Source: an uncultured Desulfospira sp. (GTDB lineage: Bacteria; Desulfobacterota; Desulfobacteria; Desulfobacterales; Desulfobacteraceae). From it: a DNA stretch of 64,000 nucleotides. A program made the translations under genes and the position numbers. How positions within the stretch are numbered: position 1 is the stretch's first letter; each line of letters opens with the position of its first letter. The stretch spans positions 3,456,001 to 3,520,000 of the forward strand of contig OY760175.1 in assembly GCA_963663165.1 (NCBI GenBank), given 5' to 3'. Shown here one piece after another: positions 11,079 to 21,427 of this stretch. The notes beneath the pieces were generated by a model. That model saw nothing but the letters and a program-made list of their open reading frames with translations. It was not told where the DNA came from and did no database searches.

Positions 11079-11783
11079 ATGGTGTCAAGAAAATTGGCAA
11101 AACCGGTCTGCCTGATCCTGCTTTTGATCCTTATTTTGCCGGGCTCTATATCATCTCCTTTGTGGGGGGGAAGCCCCATCAAAACCATCCAGAGGACGGT
11201 TGTCATTGATCCGGGCCACGGCGGCGTAGATAAGGGGCTTGAATTCTCCAGCGGGGCCACGGAAAAAAAACTGGCCCTCAACCTTTCTTTAATCACCGCC
11301 AAAATTCTGTCTGAAAAGTATAATGTGGTATTAACCAGAACCGGGGATGTCCAAGTCCCATCGGCCTTAAGAACCGCTGTTGCCAATGAGCGAAAGGCCG
11401 ATCTGTTTGTCAGCATTCACCTGCACGCCCAAGCGGGAGACCAGGGCTTTGTATTTTACTATGATGCGGTTACAGCCCCGTTTCCCAAGACTTCTGCACT
11501 CTGGAAGCACCAGGCATTGCATCACCGGGAAGCCAGCAAAGACGCCGCTGTTTTTTTTGCTGAAAAGCTTAAGACCATTCTGGGCACAGATTTTTTTGTC
11601 ATACCCGTCCCTGCCCCTGTGCTTGAAGGCGCCCTCATGCCGGCCATGATGCTGGAAGTTTCCGGGGATTCACTGTTTTCAGGCCCGGAAACAGATAAAA
11701 AACGGCACGCCTGTGCCCGGAAAATTGCCAGGGGAATAGACCTTTGCCTTAAAAGCAAAATCCCCATCAAAACCCGTAAATAG
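11079..11783 (+). CDS. N-acetylmuramoyl-L-alanine amidase (Amidase_3)
   Basis: Signal/TM segment, VVIDPGHGG, E, LTR and FVSIH motifs. Confidence 0.88.
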   Translation: MVSRKLAKPVCLILLLILILPGSISSPLWGGSPIKTIQRTVVIDPGHGGVDKGLEFSSGATEKKLALNLSLITAKILSEKYNVVLTRTGDVQVPSALRTAVANERKADLFVSIHLHAQAGDQGFVFYYDAVTAPFPKTSALWKHQALHHREASKDAAVFFAEKLKTILGTDFFVIPVPAPVLEGALMPAMMLEVSGDSLFSGPETDKKRHACARKIARGIDLCLKSKIPIKTRK

Positions 11784-11928
11784 TGCCTGAACAAAAGCCC
11801 GTGTTTGGACGAAAAATTGCCCAGATGCAAGGCGCAAAAGAAATGGCAACCGGAGCAACCTTTAGGGTTGTGAGGATTGCCATTTCTTTTGCAATGCAGC
11901 AGATGGATGATTTTTCGTTCAAACACCA
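11781..11928 (+). repeat. Palindromic repeat family, copy 2 (overlaps amidase stop)
   Basis: tagtgcctgaac...gtgtttggacgaaaaa...tgcaaggcgcaaaagaaatggcaa...ttgccatttcttttgcaatgcagcagatgg...tttttcgttcaaacac. Confidence 0.9.
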
Positions 11929-11996
11929 AATAAATTCATCCATTTCTTGATTTTCAATTAGATTAATGGTACAAATTTGCCCTATTTTCATGACAC

Positions 11997-12073
11997 CGGG
12001 GCGTAGCGCAGTCTGGTAGCGCGCCTGCTTTGGGAGCAGGATGTCGGGAGTTCGAATCTCTCCGCCCCGACCA
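11997..12073 (+). tRNA. tRNA-Pro (TGG)
   Basis: CGGGGCGTAGCGCAGTCTGGTAGCGCGCCTGCTTTGGGAGCAGG...GTTCGAATC...CCCGACCA. Confidence 0.97.
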
Positions 12074-12080
12074 GTCAAGT

Positions 12081-13217
12081 TCAAGTTTTCACTGAAGAGG
12101 TCAACCGGGCCACCGCATTTCCGCAAACCACCCCGTCATAACCGGGCAGGGCATTGATTTCCCGTTGCAGTGCCGAGGATTGCAGCACATCCAGCAGTAT
12201 TTTAAGGGTGGGGTGGGCCAACAGGTCATCCGGGATCACCAGGTCGCACCGGGCAGCCCCGATGGGAACAAAATCCAGATGATACGCATTGGCCACTGTT
12301 TTCAGTCCCAAAGCAGCGTCTGCCGCATTACTGGCAATGCGAAAGGCACCGTCTCTGTGGGATTGAACCGTTAGCTGATACCCGTTAATACATGACGGGT
12401 CTACGCCGGCCTGTTTGAGCTTGTCGTCGAGCAATACCCTGAGGGCCGCCCCGGGTTCCCGGTTGATAAAACGGATTCCGGGCTGGGCAAGGTCAGCCAC
12501 AGACCGGATCCCCAGCGGGTTTCCTCTGGCGACAATGAGGCCTTCCTCCAGCACCGCAAACCCAAAAATTTGCCCGCTCATTCCGGCCAATTTCCGGCCG
12601 GCCAGCACCACATTGGCCTCTTCTTTGTCTGTGTTGTGAAGGTGGGTGCCGGCCACGTGGGCCACCCCCTGGGCAAGGCCGTCCAGGGCCCTGTGGCTGG
12701 ATGCAAACCGGCAGTATATATGGGCATCAGATAAAAGCCGGATCACATGATAGCGAAGGATCTCAAAGGCCGGGTCACACCCCATCAGGATAAGGGTTTT
12801 TTCCAGACGGTCCGGGGGAGAAAAGATTTGGGCATTTTTACCGTCATCGGTAAGCAGGCCGTCTGCCGGATGGAGCCCAAAGGGAATAGAATCCGCGCCG
12901 TCAAGGGGAAAACCCACCAGCCGGCTGCGCACCTTTCCAATGGCCAGCCGGGTGGAAGGCCCGGCATTCCCGTGCATCACCTCTACAGGACAGGTCGGGG
13001 TTGCCGACTCCTCAACAAACAGGTCCTCTACCTTGCAGCCGAATATCCGGGCCAGGTGCAGGGCAACCGCTGTATTGGGAAGATACCGGCCGGATTCAAT
13101 GTCATATACGGCCTGGCGGCGGACATTAATTTTCTGGGCCAGGGTCTCCTGGGACCATCCCCGGTCCATGCGGTACTGTTTGACCGTGCAGGTAATAATA
13201 CTATTTTTTCGAGCCAT
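12081..13217 (-). CDS. XRE-family HTH regulator fused to a PBP-like (molybdate/tungstate-binding type) domain
   Basis: N-terminal SQETLAQKINVRRQAVYDIESGRYLP; C-terminal HVAGTHL and RFINREPGAALR motifs. Confidence 0.8.
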   Translation of the reverse strand: MARKNSIITCTVKQYRMDRGWSQETLAQKINVRRQAVYDIESGRYLPNTAVALHLARIFGCKVEDLFVEESATPTCPVEVMHGNAGPSTRLAIGKVRSRLVGFPLDGADSIPFGLHPADGLLTDDGKNAQIFSPPDRLEKTLILMGCDPAFEILRYHVIRLLSDAHIYCRFASSHRALDGLAQGVAHVAGTHLHNTDKEEANVVLAGRKLAGMSGQIFGFAVLEEGLIVARGNPLGIRSVADLAQPGIRFINREPGAALRVLLDDKLKQAGVDPSCINGYQLTVQSHRDGAFRIASNAADAALGLKTVANAYHLDFVPIGAARCDLVIPDDLLAHPTLKILLDVLQSSALQREINALPGYDGVVCGNAVARLTSSVKT

Positions 13218-13398
13218 GGTTAACGACTATCTGCCTGTTATCGGTAAAGATTTCTTTTGTTGTCCTGTAACACACACAATTAAGACTTGTCAAAAGACTT
13301 TTAAACACGTCACCACGAAAAATCAATTGTAAGTTCTATCCGCTTGATTTATGATACCTTGAAGTAAGACTATAAAAACAGGTGGGCTAAGGCTTAGC

Positions 13399-13869
13399 AT
13401 GGTTTTTTTTATTTCTGTTATCATCGTCGCCATTCTTTATTTTCTCCAGACAGAGGGGCTTATCTATGTCACCATTGTTGCCGTTGTAGGGGAATTAATC
13501 AATATTTTCATGATTCATACCCTGACCAAATCAATTGAAAAGAAAAGCCAGGCCAAGGCCCGCAGCATAATTGCCCGGTTCCAGAAAAAGCTTCAGGAAA
13601 ATAAAAAAACCATTAAAGATCTTGAGCGGGTAAGGGATGATTCTGTAAAGAAAATTTTTGACGCCAATAAAAAAATCGATGAGTACGAAAAAGAGCTGCA
13701 ACAAAAGCCTCTTAAAGGAGAGTCCCCGTCTAAAGACGAACCGCCTGCCCCATCCGGGACGGCAAAACCAGACATGGCTGCCAAAGCCGGCCATCAGGAA
13801 GGCAAAGCCTCCCGAAAGGAATTTATAGATCTCCCCTCCGGCTCAAACAGAAAGAAAAAAGCGTTTTAA
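13399..13869 (+). CDS. Hypothetical membrane protein with coiled coil
   Basis: Two N-terminal hydrophobic segments followed by a K/E-rich helical region. Confidence 0.7.
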   Translation: MVFFISVIIVAILYFLQTEGLIYVTIVAVVGELINIFMIHTLTKSIEKKSQAKARSIIARFQKKLQENKKTIKDLERVRDDSVKKIFDANKKIDEYEKELQQKPLKGESPSKDEPPAPSGTAKPDMAAKAGHQEGKASRKEFIDLPSGSNRKKKAF

Positions 13870-13872
13870 TCC

Positions 13873-14241
13873 CTATCGTTGAATTTTAATTTTAATGATC
13901 TGACCGTGCTTGTCCACGGTGGCCAGTCCCTTTGCAAGGGATGTCCCATTTGAGGAATCAATAATCTCAACTTCTTTTTGATACAACTCTTCTAAAGCAT
14001 AACGGGTATCGGGAGTTTTTCCCGTATTTTCCCCGGTTGACCCGGGCAGGGCTTTGCCTCCGGAATCCTTGCCGCCGGCCTGGGTGGCCTGCTGAGCAGC
14101 TTCCTGTCCGGCATGGTCCAGCCGTGCCTGATGCCTCTGGGCAATCAGCTTTGAAACGCCTGAAAATTTCTCGCTGTCATCATTACACCCCGCACATGCC
14201 AACATGAGAAAAACTGAAAATAATGAAATGACTGTTCTCAT
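13873..14241 (-). CDS. Hypothetical lipoprotein
   Basis: Signal peptide ending in LACAGC (lipobox-like). Confidence 0.7.
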   Translation of the reverse strand: MRTVISLFSVFLMLACAGCNDDSEKFSGVSKLIAQRHQARLDHAGQEAAQQATQAGGKDSGGKALPGSTGENTGKTPDTRYALEELYQKEVEIIDSSNGTSLAKGLATVDKHGQIIKIKIQR

Positions 14242-14447
14242 TGCCCTGTTTTTGACTCCTCTTGGTGCCCTTTTTTTCAGGCCGGTTCAACATCAAATTT
14301 AGAATTGAACTTCATGGCTTTAATGGTTTGTTACGGGCTTTTACCCATGGTCGGTATCTTATATTAAAAACGAATTCTCTTCAAACAATTATTCAATGTT
14401 GAGATTAAACTTGAAAAAAAAGCCAATACCGATTATAGGTATCAGTT

Positions 14448-14603
14448 CCGGTCGGCAGCCGGATCAGGCGTTATTCTGATCGGTCGCCTCGTAACAGAAG
14501 ACCATGAACCTCGTCAGGTCCGGAAGGAAGCAGCGATAAGTGAGTTCTTCCGTGTCGTGGATCGATCCCGGTCATGCAATCTCTCCTTTCTGCTGCCGGC
14601 CGG
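14448..14603 (+). ncRNA. ffs: Signal recognition particle RNA
   Basis: Canonical domain IV motif TCAGGTCCGGAAGGAAGCAGC; closing stem ccggtcggcagc/gctgccggccgg; TTGAAA...TATAGG promoter-like sequence upstream. Ends are approximate. Confidence 0.9.
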
Positions 14604-14784
14604 TTCTTTTCCTTTAAAAATCGCAGATCAATAATATATCTTTTACATTAATTTCAGCCTATTACCATCCAAAACCATGTTTTTTTCCCATAGCCTTGGT
14701 TTCTCCTTGACATGTTTTTAAACAGACTTATTTTTCAGCCATAATTTATTATTTTTAATGATTTACTTTTAATTTAAGGAAGTA

Positions 14785-15399
14785 TTGGAGCAGGAGAAGA
14801 CATTGGTACTTAAAAGCAAAGTCAAAACAGACGACGAAAAACGAGAAGATTCTCCCGAAAGTGCAGATGCCCCAAAGGATTCCGAAAAGGAAAGCAACGA
14901 AGAAAAAACAAACGAGAAAACCCCGGGAGTTGAAGAACTCCAGGAACAACTTGCCTTTGAAAAGGATCGTGTCCTAAGACTTTCTGCTGAATTTGAAAAT
15001 TATAAGAAAAGAAAACAACGGGAAATTGATGACTTTAAAAAATACGCAAACGAAACCGTCTTTAAGCAATTGCTTTCGGTGGTAGACAATCTTGAAAGGG
15101 CCATCACTTCTGCTGAAGATAATCCCGACCTGGCCAGCCTTTTAGAGGGCGTAAAGCTGACCCACAAAGAAACCATCCGGCTTCTTGAGTCCTTTAATGT
15201 CAACCCTGTGGAAGCGGAAAACAAGCCTTTTGATCCCAACTTCCACCAGGCCGTCACCCAGGAAGAAAATAATGATGTCCCGGACGGCACGGTGACCAAC
15301 GTTCTGCAGACAGGGTACCTTTTCCATGACAGGCTGATCCGGCCGTCCATGGTTGTTGTTTCCAAAAAAGCTGAGCCATCTGAAACAGTAAAACAGTAA
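14785..15399 (+). CDS. grpE: Nucleotide exchange factor GrpE
   Basis: [37 protein letters not shown]. Start may instead be the TTG at 14803. Confidence 0.95.
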   Translation: MEQEKTLVLKSKVKTDDEKREDSPESADAPKDSEKESNEEKTNEKTPGVEELQEQLAFEKDRVLRLSAEFENYKKRKQREIDDFKKYANETVFKQLLSVVDNLERAITSAEDNPDLASLLEGVKLTHKETIRLLESFNVNPVEAENKPFDPNFHQAVTQEENNDVPDGTVTNVLQTGYLFHDRLIRPSMVVVSKKAEPSETVKQ

Positions 15400-15430
15400 A
15401 AAAATTAAGTATATTTTTGGAGGAAAAATT

Positions 15431-17347
15431 ATGGGTAAAATAATCGGAATTGACCTGGGAACGACCAACTCTTGCGTAGCGGTCATGGAAACAGGTGGAG
15501 AATGTAAGATTATCACCAATGCCGAAGGCGGCCGGACCACCCCTTCCATTGTTGCGATTACCGAGAGCGGAGAAAGGATCGTCGGCCAAACCGCCAAACG
15601 TCAAGCTGTAACCAATCCTGAAAATACGGTGTTTGGCGTTAAACGCCTTGTGGGAAGAAAGTTTAATTCAAAGGAAGTCCAGAATGACATCCCCAACCTT
15701 CCCTATAAAATTGAAGCGGCGCCCAACGGGGATACCCGAATCAATCTGAGAGGAAAACAATACAGCCCGGCTGAAATTTCATCCTTTATTCTGGCCAACA
15801 TCAAAAAAACCGCTGAGGATTATCTGGGCGAAGAAGTCAAAGAAGCCGTCATAACGGTTCCGGCCTATTTTAATGACTCCCAGCGGCAGGCCACCAAAGA
15901 TGCCGGCAAAATTGCAGGTCTTGAGGTCAAACGGATCATCAACGAACCCACCGCAGCCTCTCTGGCCTATGGCCTGGATAAAAAAGGGGAAGAAAAAATT
16001 GCGGTATTTGACCTTGGCGGCGGGACCTTTGACGTGTCTGTCCTTGAAATTGGCGACGGCGTATTTGAGGTCAAATCAACTGCGGGCGATACCCACCTTG
16101 GCGGAGAAGACTTTGACTTGAGGATCATTGACTATATTGCCGAGGAGTTCAGAAAAGATCAGGGCATTGATGTCCGAAGCGACAAAATGGCCCTCCAGCG
16201 GTTAAAAGAAGCGGCCGAGAAGGCCAAAATGGAGTTGTCCACTTCAACGGAAACCGCCATCAATCTGCCGTTTATTACGGCAGACGCCTCCGGCCCCAAA
16301 CATCTGGATGTCAAACTGACCCGGGCCAAACTCGAATCCCTGGTGGCCGACCTTCTGGACAACCTTGAAAAACCCTGCCGGACCGCCATGAAAGAGGCCA
16401 ACCTCGGCCCTGACGGCGTGGATGAAGTGGTTCTCGTGGGCGGCATGACCAGAATGCCGGCAGTCCAGGAACGGGTGGAAAAAATATTTGGCAAAAAACC
16501 CCATAAAGGGGTTAACCCGGACGAGGTGGTGGCCATGGGTGCGGCGGTTCAGGCCGGCGTTCTCCAGGGGGATGTCAATGATGTGCTTCTCCTGGATGTC
16601 ACCCCGCTGTCCTTAGGGATTGAAACTCTGGGCGGTGTCATGACCAAGCTTATTGATAAAAACACCACCATCCCCACCAAAAAGAGCCAGGTCTTTTCAA
16701 CGGCCGCGGACAACCAGCCCGCTGTTTCCATTCACGTTCTTCAAGGCGAGCGGCAGATGGCGGCCGACAACAAGACCTTGGGCCAGTTTGAACTGTCCGA
16801 TATTCCGCCGGCGCCCAGAGGGGTTCCCCAGATTGAGGTCACCTTTGATATTGATGCCAACGGCATTGTTCATGTGGCGGCCAAGGACAAGGCCACCGGC
16901 AAGCAACAGTCCATCCAGATCACGGCCGCATCAGGGCTTTCCGAGGACGAAATCCAGAAAATGGTCAAAGATGCGGAAATGCACGCTGAAGAAGATAAGA
17001 AAAAACGGGATCTGGTGGACACCAGAAACCAGGCCGAAGCCCTCGTGGACCAGACGGAGAAAACCCTTAAGGAACATGGAAACAAGGTAGACGAAGCAAC
17101 CAGACAAGGCATCCAGTCGGCTGTAGAAGCCCTGAAACAGGTTAAGGATTCGGATAATCTGGAAGACATTAAAGCCAAAATCGAAGCCCTGTCCCAGGCA
17201 TCCCATAAACTGGCCGAGGTGATGTACCAGCAGGCATCCCAGGGGGGAGACCAGGCGGCTGGTGCCGGCCCTGAAGCCGGCGGTGCCGCTGCTGACGATG
17301 ATGATGTGGTAGACGCAGATTTCGAAGAGGTCAAAAAAGACAAATAG
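15431..17347 (+). CDS. dnaK: Chaperone DnaK
   Basis: [31 protein letters not shown]. Confidence 0.99.
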   Translation: MGKIIGIDLGTTNSCVAVMETGGECKIITNAEGGRTTPSIVAITESGERIVGQTAKRQAVTNPENTVFGVKRLVGRKFNSKEVQNDIPNLPYKIEAAPNGDTRINLRGKQYSPAEISSFILANIKKTAEDYLGEEVKEAVITVPAYFNDSQRQATKDAGKIAGLEVKRIINEPTAASLAYGLDKKGEEKIAVFDLGGGTFDVSVLEIGDGVFEVKSTAGDTHLGGEDFDLRIIDYIAEEFRKDQGIDVRSDKMALQRLKEAAEKAKMELSTSTETAINLPFITADASGPKHLDVKLTRAKLESLVADLLDNLEKPCRTAMKEANLGPDGVDEVVLVGGMTRMPAVQERVEKIFGKKPHKGVNPDEVVAMGAAVQAGVLQGDVNDVLLLDVTPLSLGIETLGGVMTKLIDKNTTIPTKKSQVFSTAADNQPAVSIHVLQGERQMAADNKTLGQFELSDIPPAPRGVPQIEVTFDIDANGIVHVAAKDKATGKQQSIQITAASGLSEDEIQKMVKDAEMHAEEDKKKRDLVDTRNQAEALVDQTEKTLKEHGNKVDEATRQGIQSAVEALKQVKDSDNLEDIKAKIEALSQASHKLAEVMYQQASQGGDQAAGAGPEAGGAAADDDDVVDADFEEVKKDK

Positions 17348-17454
17348 CGTTTGGATGAAAATTCACCCATCTGCTGCGTTGCAAATTTTTTTGCGCCTTG
17401 CACCTGGATAAATTTTCATCCAAAACCCCCGGATAGCCAAATATTCAGATACAC
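17345..17454 (-). repeat. Palindromic repeat family, internally deleted copy in reverse orientation (overlaps dnaK stop)
   Basis: Reverse complement reads ...ttttggatgaaaatt...gtgcaaggcgcaaaaaaatttgcaacgcagcagatgggtgaattttcatccaaacgcta; the apical hairpin is missing. Confidence 0.85.
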
Positions 17455-17684
17455 GGCTGTTCTGCAATATGCCGGTGATAATTATAAGGTTGAAGAAAAT
17501 CCTGCCTTGGGCTACTATGGTGAGCCCTTGGCAGGATTTTAATTTTAATCCGGGAGGTTGCAAAACTGGCAACGAAGCCGCCCGGGAAGCCAGCAGCGGG
17601 ACTGCCGGGCCAAGGATAAGTCCAGAACTCATAGACCATGAAAGCCTTCCCAAGAAAATGCTTTCATACCAAAAGGGGTCTTGA

Positions 17685-19274
17685 ATGATCATCACCGAAA
17701 TACTGGAACAAAACAACCGGCTGTATCCCGGTGACATTGCCCTCATTGAGCGGAATCCGGCAACGGGAGCCCGCACCCAGATGACATGGGGACAGTTTTA
17801 CCAGACATCCTGTAAAGTTGCCAATGCCCTTGAAAGAAAAGGGATTCAAAAGTCGGACAAGGTGGTTCAACTCATGACCAATTCCCTTGAATGGCTTCCC
17901 ATTTATTTTGGTATCCTCTACACCGGTGCCTGGGCCGTTCCCTTAAATTTTAGATTTGAGTCGGACAAGATCCTGCTTTGCACACAGGTGGCTGAAGCCA
18001 GGGCCTTTATCTTCGGAGAAGAGTTTATAAAGCACATTGAAGCGGTGAAACCTGAATTGGACAACACCGTGGAAACCTGGATTTTCACCGGCCCCGGGGA
18101 GATTTGCCCGGCTTGGGCATGTCTTTTTGAGGACTTTATCTGCGAAGAAGACGGCACTCAAAGACCGGACGTCCCCATTGCCATTGAAGATGATGCCGCC
18201 CTTTATTTTACCTCCGGCACCACGGGAACCCCCAAGGCCGTTCTTTTAACCCATAGGAACCTTGAACATTCCTGTGATGTGGAACATGCCCACCACAACC
18301 AGACCCGGGACGACACCTTTTTATGCATCCCCCCCCTTTACCACACCGGCGCCAAAATGCACTGGATGGGCAGTTTTCTGGTGGGCGGCAAATGCGTGCT
18401 GCTCAAAGGGGTCAGCCCCAAATGGGTCATTGAAGCGGTATCCGAAGAAAAATGCACCATTGTATGGCTGCTGGTTCCCTGGGCCCACGACATTATCATT
18501 GCCATTGAAAACAATGAAATTGACCTGTCTGCCTATCACCTGAAGCAATGGCGGCTGATGCATATCGGCGCCCAGCCGGTCCCCCCGTCGCTGATCAAAA
18601 CCTGGCACCAGTATTTCCCGGGACAGGATTATGATACCAATTACGGGCTTACGGAATCTTCCGGTCCGGGATGTGTTCACCTGGGCGTGGAAAACACCGG
18701 AACCGTCGGCCCCATCGGCGTACCCGGCCACGGCTGGGAAGCCAAGATCGTGGATGCACAGGGAGACCGGCTGTTTGCCAATGAATCCGGGGAGCTTGTG
18801 GTCAAAGGGCCGGGGGTGATGAAAGCCTATTATAAAAATCCCGAAGCCACCGAAAAAACCCTTAAAGACGGGTGGCTTTATACCGGCGATATTGCCCGGG
18901 CAGACCGGAACGGGTTTATCTGGCTGGTGGACCGGAAAAAAGACATGATTATCTACGGGGGAGAAAATATCTACCCTGTGGAAATTGAGGATTTTTTCAT
19001 GCACCATGACAAAATAAAAGATATTGCCGTCATTGGCGTGCCCGATGACCGGCTTGGAGAAGTTCCGGCGGCCATTATTTCCGTCAAACCCGGGTCGTTT
19101 CTCTGTGAAGCGGATATTCTGGACTTTCAGGCTCAGCTGCCCCGGTACAAACAATTAAAAAAAATTTATTTCGGGGATGTGCCGCGGAATGCCACCGGAA
19201 AGATTGAAAAACCCAAATTACGGCGTATCTACGCCGAAGACAAACGAAAAGATATCAACAAGCTGTTAAAGTAG
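17685..19274 (+). CDS. Acyl-CoA synthetase / AMP-binding enzyme
   Basis: YFTSGTTGTPKAV, YGLTE, GWLYTGDI and GGENIYP motifs. Confidence 0.93.
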   Translation: MIITEILEQNNRLYPGDIALIERNPATGARTQMTWGQFYQTSCKVANALERKGIQKSDKVVQLMTNSLEWLPIYFGILYTGAWAVPLNFRFESDKILLCTQVAEARAFIFGEEFIKHIEAVKPELDNTVETWIFTGPGEICPAWACLFEDFICEEDGTQRPDVPIAIEDDAALYFTSGTTGTPKAVLLTHRNLEHSCDVEHAHHNQTRDDTFLCIPPLYHTGAKMHWMGSFLVGGKCVLLKGVSPKWVIEAVSEEKCTIVWLLVPWAHDIIIAIENNEIDLSAYHLKQWRLMHIGAQPVPPSLIKTWHQYFPGQDYDTNYGLTESSGPGCVHLGVENTGTVGPIGVPGHGWEAKIVDAQGDRLFANESGELVVKGPGVMKAYYKNPEATEKTLKDGWLYTGDIARADRNGFIWLVDRKKDMIIYGGENIYPVEIEDFFMHHDKIKDIAVIGVPDDRLGEVPAAIISVKPGSFLCEADILDFQAQLPRYKQLKKIYFGDVPRNATGKIEKPKLRRIYAEDKRKDINKLLK

Positions 19275-19277
19275 ACC

Positions 19278-19973
19278 ATGAGATCCCTTCAAACCATGAA
19301 CCTGAAACCTATATTTATTGTCCTGTGCCTGATTCTGACCGCCCTGCCGTCATTGTCCGGCACCGGGTTTGCCGATGCCGGCCTGAAATATGCCGTCTTA
19401 AACAACCTTGAACAAAAATATTCAGGGTCCAGTTTCTCGGCAACATTTTCACAGATATCCACCCTTAAGGTGCTGGACATTGAGGAAACCGCCGCCGGCA
19501 AAGTCTGGTTTTCCCACCCGGGAAAAATGCGCTGGCAGTATGAAACCCCTGACCGGCATGAAATTATTGCCAACGGAAAAGATGTCTGGATCTTTCGGCC
19601 CGAAGAAAACCAGGTCATGGAAGGCAGTGCCCCGGATTTTTTCAAATCAGGCGCCGGTGCCGCCTTTTTATCGGACATTAACCTGATCCGGGAAAATTAT
19701 GTCATTGCCATCCTTAAAGAAGATGCCGGGCTGGTGGAACTGGAACTGACACCCAAAACCTGTCCTTCCTGCCCTGCCGGTACAGATGAGGATGTTGCCA
19801 CCATCAATATCCGGGTGTCTGTCCCTGATTATGAAATCTTAAAAGTAACCACCATCAATATCCATGGGGACACCACCTCATTTGAATTTGGAAAAATTCA
19901 ATTTACCCCCATCGAACCAAGCCTGTTTGATTTCAAAATCCCGGAAGGGACCAGTGTTATTCAGATGAACTGA
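19278..19973 (+). CDS. lolA: Outer-membrane lipoprotein carrier LolA family
   Basis: Signal peptide, FSATFSQ, GKVWFSHPGKMRWQY, NGKDVWIF..NQV, FDFKIP. Confidence 0.85.
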   Translation: MRSLQTMNLKPIFIVLCLILTALPSLSGTGFADAGLKYAVLNNLEQKYSGSSFSATFSQISTLKVLDIEETAAGKVWFSHPGKMRWQYETPDRHEIIANGKDVWIFRPEENQVMEGSAPDFFKSGAGAAFLSDINLIRENYVIAILKEDAGLVELELTPKTCPSCPAGTDEDVATINIRVSVPDYEILKVTTINIHGDTTSFEFGKIQFTPIEPSLFDFKIPEGTSVIQMN

Positions 19974-19997
19974 AGGGAGAACGGACACCGGAAAACC

Positions 19998-20040
19998 GCA
20001 GACCGGATGCCGAATCCGGACGTATGCGGCATCCGGTCTC
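19998..20040. terminator. Hairpin between convergent lolA and yebC
   Basis: agaccggatgccg...cggcatccggtct inverted repeat. Confidence 0.55.
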
Positions 20041-20061
20041 CCGTTTCCGGTCTCCATAAAG

Positions 20062-20805
20062 TTACATGGATTCGTATACCTCATCGGGGATATCCGCATT
20101 GGTATAAAACTGCTGGACATCATCACAGTCATCCAGCATTTCCATGAATCGGACGGTCTGCTCGGCTTCTTTGCCTTCAAGCTTGGTCATGTTCTGGGGA
20201 AGCATGGTGATTTCAGCGACCTGACAGGGAATCTGTGCTTCGTCCACAGCCTCCTTGACCACCTCAAAATCGGCCGGGTCAGTGATAATTTCAAAGACAT
20301 CTCCCTCGTCCTTGATATCCTCAGCGCCAGCCTCTAAAGCCACTTCCATCAAGGTATCTTCGGTTGCGTCCGTCTTGCTGACCGAAATCAGCCCTTTTTT
20401 ATCAAACATCCAGGAGACGCAGCCGTCCGTGCCCACATTGCCCCCGGCTTTGTTGAAGATGTAACGGACATCGGCAATGGTCCGGTTCTTGTTGTCGGTG
20501 AGGCACTCTACCAGAACCGCTACGCCGCCGGGACCGTACCCTTCATACATGATTTCCTCGTAATTGACCCCTTCAAGCTCCCCGGTGCCTTTTTTAATGG
20601 CCCGCTCAAAGTTGTCCTTGGGCATGTTCTGGGCCTTGGCTGCGATAATGGCCTGCCTGAGCCTGGGGTTGGTTTCAGGGTCTCCCCCTCCCATCCGGGC
20701 TGCCACGGTAATTTCCTTGATCAGCTTGGTAAAAATCTTACCCCGCTTTTTATCCGCAGCCCCTTTCTTGTGTTTTATGGTTGACCACTTGCTGTGTCCT
20801 GACAT
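20062..20805 (-). CDS. yebC: YebC/PmpR family protein
   Basis: [31 protein letters not shown]. Confidence 0.97.
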   Translation of the reverse strand: MSGHSKWSTIKHKKGAADKKRGKIFTKLIKEITVAARMGGGDPETNPRLRQAIIAAKAQNMPKDNFERAIKKGTGELEGVNYEEIMYEGYGPGGVAVLVECLTDNKNRTIADVRYIFNKAGGNVGTDGCVSWMFDKKGLISVSKTDATEDTLMEVALEAGAEDIKDEGDVFEIITDPADFEVVKEAVDEAQIPCQVAEITMLPQNMTKLEGKEAEQTVRFMEMLDDCDDVQQFYTNADIPDEVYESM

Positions 20806-20815
20806 GGATTCCTCC

Positions 20816-21427
20816 TTATTTTTTACCCTTGGCTATAATATATATTTCTTTACTCTGTTTTCTGCAACTTTCCGGCTTAAAAATCCGGCATTCTTTGAAT
20901 AATTGTTTTACACCCTTTTCAAATGCCTTGAATTCGTTGCCCTGGAATATTTTGCAGACAAAATTTCCATTGGGTGCCAGATACTGCCCGGCCGTATCCA
21001 AGGCCATCCGGCACAACTCAAACGATCTTAACGCATCCACGTCTTTTCTGCCCGTGGTGGCCGGGGCCATGTCGGAAAGAACCACCCGGCAATTTGAAAT
21101 ATTCTCTAAAAACTGAGGGTCTTCCAGGTTGAGTATATTGTCCTGGACCGCAGTGACGTTTTCCGGAAGCTTGATGTCCACTGTTTTTAAGTCAATGCCA
21201 AAAACCCGGCCCTGATGTCCCACTTTTTTGGCAGCGTACAACAACCAGGAACCCGGCGCGCAGCCCAGGTCCAAAACCGTATCCCCCGGGGTTATCACCT
21301 TGAACTTCTGGTCTATTTCTTCCAGCTTATACACCGATCTTGCCGGGTAGTTTTCCGCTTTTGCCCGCTGGGTCAAATGATCGGCCCACTGGCCGCCTTT
21401 TTTGGGGGCCGGCCTTTTTTTAGCCAT
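20816..21427 (-). CDS. rlmE: 23S rRNA Um2552 methyltransferase RlmE
   Basis: [41 protein letters not shown]. Confidence 0.95.
   Translation of the reverse strand: MAKKRPAPKKGGQWADHLTQRAKAENYPARSVYKLEEIDQKFKVITPGDTVLDLGCAPGSWLLYAAKKVGHQGRVFGIDLKTVDIKLPENVTAVQDNILNLEDPQFLENISNCRVVLSDMAPATTGRKDVDALRSFELCRMALDTAGQYLAPNGNFVCKIFQGNEFKAFEKGVKQLFKECRIFKPESCRKQSKEIYIIAKGKK

Noticed and set aside
11997..12081. tRNA-Pro as a prophage or island attachment site
   Set aside because: No integrase and no duplicate of the tRNA 3' end were seen in the window.
14640..14785. CIRCE element upstream of grpE-dnaK
   Set aside because: No TTAGCACTC-N9-GAGTGCTAA match.
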